DNA of 64,000 nucleotides, taken from a phage. The stretch is taken from the sequence record NC_101835.1; one strand, given 5' to 3'. The notes under the pieces are model-generated. The model was not told where the DNA came from, made no database searches, and saw nothing but the letters and a program-made list of their open reading frames with translations. The translations under genes were made by a program, and so were the position numbers. Of the stretch, positions 57,489 to 64,000 are shown one piece after another (the first letter of the stretch is position 1; each line of letters starts with the position of its first letter).

Positions 57489-57704
57489 CTATGCTGTACG
57501 CTCAACTATAACAACGGCTTGAGGGATCTCACCTTCAACCACTATCAAGGCTTTTTTCTGCGTGATAGATATCTTTACCCGCTTCAGCGTGGCGGTAAAA
57601 TCTTTCATTTCGTCACGTGGTGTTTTAGTGCAATACCAGATCTCAGGCTTGCCGATCTGTAAGTTGCGTAAAAATTCTGTTTTGCCTGTTTTGTTAGTGA
57701 TCAT
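57489..57704 (-). CDS. hypothetical protein (71 aa)
   Basis: GGTGAGG RBS. Confidence 0.35.
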   Translation of the reverse strand: MITNKTGKTEFLRNLQIGKPEIWYCTKTPRDEMKDFTATLKRVKISITQKKALIVVEGEIPQAVVIVERTA

Positions 57705-57712
57705 TTGGCAAC

Positions 57713-57817
57713 CTCACCCGATACCGTTGGAAGACAAGATCGCATTAGCCATGGTTGCAATCAGGCCAATACCCAGGGCAATAACCAAGATCACTGCATC
57801 GATTAATTTCTGTTTCA
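57713..57817 (-). CDS. small hydrophobic peptide (34 aa), tentative
   Basis: Minus-strand ATG..TGA encoding MKQKLIDAVILVIALGIGLIATMANAILSSNGIG; below ORF-track cutoff. Confidence 0.25.
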
Positions 57818-57895
57818 TGGTGTTTATTCTCTTCTGTTAGTAACCTTATTCATGGGGCCGCTACCACAGCCCCAAGGTAAGGCAGCTATGTGCTT

Positions 57896-58141
57896 TTAGT
57901 GTTTCATTCCAACCATCGCGGCACGGATCGCCGTAGTGCTGTACTTGAAGCCGTCCGGGGTCTTATCTTGTCCGGTTAGCTCCAGAAAAAGCATCATATC
58001 CCGCGCCGCATCATTACGATTAGCATTGGCGTTAATAAAGCCTTGGGCCAACCGGTACAATGACTCATCGTTATTAATCCAAAGGCTTACATTCCAATGA
58101 GTTTTGTTTTTGTAACCGTTATAACCTTTATTGCTTTTCAT
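57896..58141 (-). CDS. hypothetical protein (81 aa)
   Basis: AGAGGTAAA RBS. Confidence 0.4.
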   Translation of the reverse strand: MKSNKGYNGYKNKTHWNVSLWINNDESLYRLAQGFINANANRNDAARDMMLFLELTGQDKTPDGFKYSTTAIRAAMVGMKH

Positions 58142-58487
58142 GGTGTTTACCTCTTCTTTGTTCCAGGTGGCGGATCATTCTACCACCTTATGTATTATGC
58201 TTTGTTAGATGGTTGTTTGTTGTCAAACTATTTTACCGATAATCATCATATGCTTTATTTACCTGGCGAATATAACATTCAAAAGCCAAATCAATAGATT
58301 TATATTCACGGATATACTCACCATAGGAAACCACATACATTTCTATAGCTTCCTCATATGCGAGGAGAATAGAATCTAAGCCTACGATCTCAGTCTTTGC
58401 AATAATAGCCATGATTTTTTATCCTCTTTGTGGTTGGTGGGGTTCGTTGCCCCTTTGATTTATATATTACAGTCTTATATGGTCATG

Positions 58488-58721
58488 TCAACTATTTTCA
58501 AAAAATTTTTCTGCTGTGATATTCTTCCCGGTAGGGTTCGCTACTTTCAAAATTTTATCATGCACTGGACGCCCAAAAGAATAAGCGCCGTACACAGTAA
58601 ACCAATAATCGCCGTCAGGTTGTACTATTACTGCCGCATATGGTACGCCTTTTTCGTTTTTGCTGACAAAATAGATCACGTTGCCATTAATAGCCTCGGC
58701 GCGTTTAATTTGTTCCATCAT
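58488..58721 (-). CDS. hypothetical protein (77 aa)
   Basis: AAGAGAGG RBS. Confidence 0.4.
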   Translation of the reverse strand: MMEQIKRAEAINGNVIYFVSKNEKGVPYAAVIVQPDGDYWFTVYGAYSFGRPVHDKILKVANPTGKNITAEKFFENS

Positions 58722-58777
58722 GATGATTTGCCTCTCTTTATTTTCATAATTGGGGGGCCTTTTCGGCCCCGCCAGGT

Positions 58778-59062
58778 TTATTTATTGATAGCGTGCAGCG
58801 GGAAAGGTACGCCAGGTTGATAGATAACCTTTACAACCTCATCAGGACAAAAGAAGTTGCAGAACTCACCGCAATAGGCCTCATCCTCTTTCAACTCTTC
58901 ATCAACATACTCAAAAAAGTAGTCGATGCTTGGATAATCTTGACCAGGGTTATAATCAACCATAGTGAGGACCAGTTCAAGATCATTGCGGATGATATGC
59001 ATACCAGCTTTTAAATACTTCGCTTCCATTTTTACTACATCGCCAGCGGTAACAATAGCCAT
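58778..59062 (-). CDS. hypothetical protein (94 aa)
   Basis: Internal ATG of ORF 58778..59128 with CAGGAG RBS. Confidence 0.35.
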   Translation of the reverse strand: MAIVTAGDVVKMEAKYLKAGMHIIRNDLELVLTMVDYNPGQDYPSIDYFFEYVDEELKEDEAYCGEFCNFFCPDEVVKVIYQPGVPFPLHAINK

Positions 59063-59293
59063 GGTTTTAACTCCTGTTTCTGTTAATGATTGGAGGCATA
59101 ACCCCCCTCGACAACTCTTATTATCCATATTGTAGGGCTTGATGCAAGTACTTCTTTAAAAAAAAAAATTTTTTAAGTGCCTTGGAGGCCGCTGTAACGC
59201 CAAAATAATAAAGGCCATGCAACCGCATAGCCTTTATGTGATTATATCGCTGCAGGCCCTGCTAGGGGCCTTATTTTGCATCATTTGCCGGAA

Positions 59294-59602
59294 CTATACA
59301 GAGAAAACATCGTTCACAATAGCGATCACAATGCCGCCCACCTTGTCACGGTCAACAATGCACAAATCACCATAGATCATGTGGTAGTCTGGATGATCTT
59401 TCACGGAATAGTCAATGAGCGTTTTCTTGTCGTCCAGCTTTGTAACTTCCATTCTCATAACGATATGAGAATCATCAAAGGCATTATTCCGAAAAGTCAT
59501 AGCCTGACCACCAGGGCACCCAGTGATCTCCACTTCCACACCGTCTACGATCTGACCATCAAAGAAATAAAGATTATTAGCCAGGATAAACATGTTTATC
59601 AC
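59294..59602 (-). CDS. hypothetical protein (102 aa)
   Basis: AAGGAGTGAT RBS. Confidence 0.4.
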   Translation of the reverse strand: MINMFILANNLYFFDGQIVDGVEVEITGCPGGQAMTFRNNAFDDSHIVMRMEVTKLDDKKTLIDYSVKDHPDYHMIYGDLCIVDRDKVGGIVIAIVNDVFSV

Positions 59603-59640
59603 TCCTTGTTAACTGCGTGTTATTTTACCACGATTAAAAT

Positions 59641-59684
59641 TTACTTTACTGATGGCCCTGGCGTCAAGGCCATCTAAAAATAAA
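59641..59684. repeat. conserved ~44-nt intergenic element with hairpin GATGGCC...GGCCATC (copy 1 of 2)
   Basis: About 90 percent identical to 63385..63428. Confidence 0.5.
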
Positions 59685-59685
59685 T

Positions 59686-59886
59686 TTACAGGCCTACAAT
59701 CTCTTTGATTCGTTTAACTGCTGCCTCAGCGCCTTGGGGGTAGAAATTATGGTAACCGATCACGCGAGTGATACTAATCGCAGTTTGATGATCTTCATAA
59801 TAGCCCTTGAAGATTTCTTGACCGTCAATCAGCACGGCAATTTTTTCTTCTTTTTTGAAGTTAATAACGCGGATATTGTTGCTCAT
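59686..59886 (-). CDS. hypothetical protein (66 aa)
   Basis: Promoter TTGCAA...TAATAA, hairpin GGGGA-gctaa-TCCCC, GGAGA RBS upstream. Confidence 0.4.
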   Translation of the reverse strand: MSNNIRVINFKKEEKIAVLIDGQEIFKGYYEDHQTAISITRVIGYHNFYPQGAEAAVKRIKEIVGL

Positions 59887-60366
59887 TTTGTTTCTCCTTT
59901 CTGGTTTTTGTGTTGGTGGGGATTAGCTCCCCGTTGATTATTATTATCCATATTTCGGACCGGATTGCAACACCCCGGAAGAAAAATTTTTTGAAAAAGT
60001 TAGGCCCCCAGGGATCGGGGGCCGTTATCAGTTACTTACAGCGATAAAATACATCCCTACGCCTAACAATATTTCAAGGGCGATGATCTCAAGCCATACC
60101 ATAACCCGGCGCACCTTATCGGTGCGGGGCTTATCCTTGGTTGTCATCGTCTCCCCCTTTCATCCTGGTAGTAGTGACGTGGTTTACAATGGCCCCCAGG
60201 AGTACCATCACCACGCACATCACAAGAAAAATTATCTCTGTCGTTGTTCGATCCATTGTTATAAAATTCCTTAAGATCAGGCCTGAAAATAAAGCGTTCG
60301 TTATTGAATCCATCACGCCAGGCGGCTGGCTTCAAATCTTCATCAAAGGGATTAATTAACGTGGTA

Positions 60367-60738
60367 TTATTTAAACGGCTGGCCCACATATTTTCTATTC
60401 CTCTCAAATAGGCGATCCGCCTCAGTTAAACAAATCTCATGGGCGTGATCTCTGGTTTTAGCTTCATCGAAAACCTGTTGTGCAAGGCTGCAGCGTAGGG
60501 AGACTGGAAGATCACTATAATAGGCGTTGACAAATGTTTGCGCGTCATACAGGTCGGAAAATACTTTACCCTTTCTATTATCGCCTTTGTCAACAATTGC
60601 AAGGATAACAAGTACAATAGTTGCAACCACCCCCAGGAAAATAGATATAATAAACCATAAAAAGGCGGATCTACCCATCTTGCCAGCGATCCAGGCGTTA
60701 AACAAGGCAACTAATACGGCCAAAATAATAAATTCCAT
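60367..60738 (-). CDS. membrane protein (123 aa)
   Basis: Internal ATG with AAGAGGTA RBS; two TM helices. Confidence 0.4.
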   Translation of the reverse strand: MEFIILAVLVALFNAWIAGKMGRSAFLWFIISIFLGVVATIVLVILAIVDKGDNRKGKVFSDLYDAQTFVNAYYSDLPVSLRCSLAQQVFDEAKTRDHAHEICLTEADRLFERNRKYVGQPFK

Positions 60739-60802
60739 TCTATGTACCTCTTTTGCAGTTCTGTTTAACAATAAGGCGGCAAATATGCCGCCTGTTACCT
60801 GA

Positions 60803-61183
60803 TTAAAAATTATCGCCGTAAATCTTTCCGCTTTCTGCCCACACCACCACGCGGGGCATACTATCCCACACGTCTTGTTTTAGATTGAGCGCGTGCAATT
60901 CTTCGGTGGTGCCCATACCAGGCACGGGCTGATTGTATACTGCAAAACGACCACCCGCATAGTCATAGGCCAGAGTTAAATCACACTGGATCATCTTTTT
61001 GATCATGGCATTAAGCATGGCGTTAGCCGCATACTGATCACGTTTTAAAGGCAACTCTTTGATTAGTTTGCGATAGTTTTCAATGTGATCGCACACTGTT
61101 TCACGTGGAAGATCTTTCATATCCTCGCGAAAGGTAACCAGGTTAAACATGACGGTGTCAATAGCTTTAGTAGTGTTTTTCAT
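60803..61183 (-). CDS. hypothetical protein (126 aa)
   Basis: ATG at 61183 preceded by promoter TTGCAA-N16-TATATT, hairpin GGGGCAA...TTGCCCC and GAGG RBS; ORF-track extension lies in the 5' UTR. Confidence 0.45.
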   Translation of the reverse strand: MKNTTKAIDTVMFNLVTFREDMKDLPRETVCDHIENYRKLIKELPLKRDQYAANAMLNAMIKKMIQCDLTLAYDYAGGRFAVYNQPVPGMGTTEELHALNLKQDVWDSMPRVVVWAESGKIYGDNF

Positions 61184-61273
61184 GATGTTTTCCTCTTTGT
61201 TTTGTGTGGGGGGCAAACGTCTTGCCCCTTGAGTTTTAATATAGCAGGTTTTTAGATTATTGCAACACTTTAT

Positions 61274-61897
61274 TTATGAAAAACTCATCTCTCCATATTC
61301 ATCCACATCAAACCGCCAATCATTGGCCTCGATAAGGCCGATCAGGTTTTCGGTAGTAAATTGTTCAAGATAAGCTTGCTCCAGGTCTACGTAAACCTTG
61401 CGGGATAGTTCCCGTACGTTCTCGGTGATCAACTCTTCCAGCTCTTCAACCTTACTTTCTTGCTTGGCTGTCAGGTCTAGCCATGTAGTATCGATGTACC
61501 CGCTTACAGTGTTTTCGTGACTATAGCGGCTATATGGATCACGCTCAACACTTGCGGATAGCTCGCCATCGTGCATTGTGCCGAACAAGTGACGAATTGA
61601 GCGGAATTTAGTCAGAGACTTGACTTTACGCAAGAATTTTTCTAAATCCACGTTTTCCGCACTGATTGACGCGCCGTCGCCCTGGCACCAAAAGCCGGAC
61701 CAATGTACCTTGGTATCTTCAAGGCCATACTCTGGAAAGATATGTTCTTTATAGTCTTCAATTACACTTTCTGCAAAAAAGTTATCCCCGCTGTGTTCTT
61801 CTCTTTCGCGGACCATTTCAATAGCTTTTTCTTTTTGTTCATCGGTCAGCACGTCGAAAGATAAATTGTAACCTGTGGTAATGTTAACGGTGGTCAT
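61274..61897 (-). CDS. hypothetical acidic protein (207 aa)
   Basis: Promoter TTGACA-N16-TATACT, UTR hairpin GGCGGGAA...TTCCCGCC, GGAG RBS. Confidence 0.45.
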   Translation of the reverse strand: MTTVNITTGYNLSFDVLTDEQKEKAIEMVREREEHSGDNFFAESVIEDYKEHIFPEYGLEDTKVHWSGFWCQGDGASISAENVDLEKFLRKVKSLTKFRSIRHLFGTMHDGELSASVERDPYSRYSHENTVSGYIDTTWLDLTAKQESKVEELEELITENVRELSRKVYVDLEQAYLEQFTTENLIGLIEANDWRFDVDEYGEMSFS

Positions 61898-61971
61898 GAT
61901 ATTTTCTCCTATTTTCTTTGTTAGTGGCGGGAAGTTTTCCCGCCTGTGTGTTTAAGTATACTTATCGAGAT

Positions 61972-62232
61972 TTACTTGTCAACACTATTTTTTAAATTAT
62001 TGTGGCGCAAAATGCTTAAAATCTCTTCAACGTCATCAACACGGCGGCAATTTTTAAACGCTACCAATTGCCCCATGATTTTAATCACTGGACGGCCTTG
62101 CCAGTGCCCCTGGAGAAAGCGCGCCTTGACTTTATCGGTGGAACTATCACGCCACCAAATGGCCTTGTTATTGCAGTAGTAAAAATTATTCAGGACAACA
62201 TCAACTTTATCAAAATTTTTTAATTTACGCAT
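61972..62232 (-). CDS. hypothetical protein (86 aa)
   Basis: AAGGAAGGAG RBS. Confidence 0.4.
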   Translation of the reverse strand: MRKLKNFDKVDVVLNNFYYCNNKAIWWRDSSTDKVKARFLQGHWQGRPVIKIMGQLVAFKNCRRVDDVEEILSILRHNNLKNSVDK

Positions 62233-62478
62233 GGCGTTTACTCCTTCCTTCTTGCTTTGATGTGGTTAGTATATCCGGACTATTCCAAGGTGTCAAGCTT
62301 TAAATAAAATCACTGTCAATGATATTTTTTAACACCATAAAACGGCCCTGGGTGATGTTTTCAGGTTAATAAAGGGGATTGCATAGGTAGGGGCTTTTGT
62401 GGCGTTTGTGGGGCCAACCAGGGGCGCTATTCGTAGGATAGAAATAAAAAACCCCGCACAATGGCGGGGCGTTGGTTG

Positions 62479-62676
62479 CTATTTGTCTTTGTGGCGGTAT
62501 CGTTCCGCTTGTCGTTCACGTTCCAAAAGCAGGCTGGGTAATTTGCGATCATAGTGATTTCGCCAGATCTTCCCAAATCTTTTCGGCTTATTCAGTTTAT
62601 TGTTACGCTGGCGTCGTTCCGGCAGCTCTTCGGAATCATGAGATCGCTTTACAATCTTCTCAAAATTAATCTTCAT
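62479..62676 (-). CDS. small basic protein (65 aa)
   Basis: Internal ATG with AAGGGGGGAA RBS; Arg/Lys-rich. Confidence 0.35.
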   Translation of the reverse strand: MKINFEKIVKRSHDSEELPERRQRNNKLNKPKRFGKIWRNHYDRKLPSLLLERERQAERYRHKDK

Positions 62677-63019
62677 ATATTCCCCCCTTGCTAACTTCAA
62701 TATTGGCCTGAATAGCCCGGATACGGCGCTTTATAACCTCCTGATCCTTGCAATCATATCCCCAAAAGTCTACGATTTTTGCGCCTCCAGCCTTTAGGCG
62801 GTATAGTGTTTCTTGCATCTTGTAAGCCGGGATCGGTCGCGGTGTTACCTGGTCGCCCTTCTCATTCTTGTACTTGATAATGTAGTCTTCATTGTCGTTG
62901 AATACCCAAAATGGGTATTCTGTGAGCGCGTTGCTCTCTTTTTCGTTTTTAGATTGGATCTTGTTTACAATTAAAGCCGTAGCAATAGCGCCAATAATAA
63001 AACTTGCCCCGCTGATCAT
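62666..63019 (-). CDS. membrane-anchored protein (117 aa)
   Basis: Internal ATG with AAAGGAGAAA RBS; N-terminal TM helix. Confidence 0.4.
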   Translation of the reverse strand: MISGASFIIGAIATALIVNKIQSKNEKESNALTEYPFWVFNDNEDYIIKYKNEKGDQVTPRPIPAYKMQETLYRLKAGGAKIVDFWGYDCKDQEVIKRRIRAIQANIEVSKGGIYED

Positions 63020-63094
63020 GTACTTTCTCCTTTCATTGTGTTGATAAACTATCTTTATAGATGGCCCTGCTACCAGGACCACCGAAAAAACAGC

Positions 63095-63340
63095 TTATTT
63101 GACGATACCGACAAAACAGATCCCGCCTTCCCCTATATAGGCAATATCGGTAATTTTATAATTTGTCAAGATCCGCGTGTTCAGATCATTAATAAAATCG
63201 GTCATCGCGTTGGTGTGGTTGTCTTCCGTGTCTAAGGCATAATCCCAGGTGTAAACCTTTTTACGTCCGAAGCCTTTTACCATGATACGGGCGCTTTTGG
63301 TGTTGGTAGGGGCATAATATTTGGTGATTAGTGCTGCCAT
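63095..63340 (-). CDS. hypothetical protein (81 aa)
   Basis: AGAGGAG RBS. Confidence 0.4.
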   Translation of the reverse strand: MAALITKYYAPTNTKSARIMVKGFGRKKVYTWDYALDTEDNHTNAMTDFINDLNTRILTNYKITDIAYIGEGGICFVGIVK

Positions 63341-63384
63341 GGTTTTAACTCCTCTGAATTAGTTCAGTGTTAACAGTATAAAGT

Positions 63385-63428
63385 TTACTTTATTGATGGC
63401 CCTGAAGTCAAGGCCATCTAAAAATAAT
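63385..63428. repeat. conserved ~44-nt intergenic element (copy 2 of 2)
   Basis: Near-identical to 59641..59684, same position relative to the flanking gene stop. Confidence 0.5.
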
Positions 63429-63429
63429 C

Positions 63430-63771
63430 TTACTCGTTTTCTTCCAGCTCCGCAAGCTCTTCTTTTGCTTCTTCTAACTCTGTCTGTAGTTCCTGGTATT
63501 CTTCATCGTCCTCAATATCCAGGCTGTCGATGTAGTCGCTAAATCCGCAGCGGTAAGCGATAGGATCTAGCTCCTTGAGGATACGCGACGGAAGAAAAGA
63601 AATGTTTCCGATCATAATTTCGCCGTAGATCTCGTCTAACCATTCATCATAGTTTTCGTCGTACTTGTCCTCGTCGATTTCAAAGTTATCGATCTTGTTC
63701 TCAAGGTCTGCGATCTGTTTTTTCAGCGCGGCGATCTGCATAGCTTTTTCTGCGGCGGTCATAGTAGTCAT
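63430..63771 (-). CDS. highly acidic coiled-coil protein (113 aa)
   Basis: Promoter TTGACA-N16-TATACT, UTR hairpin GGGAAAACTTCCC, GGAG RBS; very acidic. Confidence 0.45.
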   Translation of the reverse strand: MTTMTAAEKAMQIAALKKQIADLENKIDNFEIDEDKYDENYDEWLDEIYGEIMIGNISFLPSRILKELDPIAYRCGFSDYIDSLDIEDDEEYQELQTELEEAKEELAELEENE

Positions 63772-63852
63772 GGTGTTTTCTCCTTTTGTGTGCTCTGGGA
63801 AGTTTTCCCGTTTACGTGTTTAAGTATATCGATCTAAGTTAGTTTGTCAATT

Positions 63853-63969
63853 AAAAATTTAAGAAAAATTTTGCAAAACTGTTAGCGCTACTCATTAACA
63901 TTTGCGCCAGGATGTAACCGACAACGCAAACGATAATAGTTACCTTTGTGTATTGGCGTGTAGTGCTCA
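63853..63969 (-). CDS. small hydrophobic peptide (~38 aa), tentative
   Basis: AAGGGGG RBS; hydrophobic; below ORF-track cutoff. Confidence 0.2.
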
Positions 63970-64000
63970 TCTTAAAGCCCCCTTTTTTCGCTTAGTTGAG

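Noticed and set aside
61184-61216. N-terminal extension of ORF 60803..61216 (MPPTQNKEENI)
   Set aside because: Extension covers the 5'-UTR hairpin and RBS; the true start is the ATG at 61183
1-64000. Integrated prophage or genomic island
   Set aside because: No integrase, attachment-site repeats or host housekeeping genes; content is consistent with a free virulent phage genome

Overview
This window reads as a contiguous stretch of a large virulent tailed dsDNA phage of an enterobacterial host, with no integrase or host flank. All calls are from manual reading of the sequence and ORF track; no database search or RNA folding was run, so similarities are recalled from memory. Layout: (1) 1-7576, minus strand, head/packaging module (probable capsid, scaffold, portal, large terminase, then a spanin pair); (2) 7998-9156, minus-strand tRNA cluster; (3) 9253-13020, minus-strand small genes plus an RNA-repair kinase and phosphoesterase; (4) 13121-52877, long plus-strand block with Rnl1-like RNA ligase, Sir2, DNA ligase, lambda-R-like endolysin, nucleases, two methyltransferases, ThyX-like protein, nrdA/nrdB/glutaredoxin/nrdD/nrdG, PhoH, a ClpP-like protease, tandem small-protein paralogs and an HPF homolog; (5) 52900-55400, about 2.4 kb non-coding and repeat-rich; (6) 55400-64000, minus-strand small genes in repeated promoter/hairpin/RBS cassettes. 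Most notable: group-I-like introns carrying HNH endonucleases split the large terminase gene (one intron) and nrdD (two introns, with clear P1 pairing), and a further HNH ORF sits between the two halves of a tRNA gene. No single planted novel system could be identified with certainty; the strongest candidates are the ribosome-hibernation-factor homolog, the paralog array, the split RNA-repair module with the adjacent Sir2 cluster, and the iteron-rich non-coding region. Start codons of many small ORFs are uncertain.
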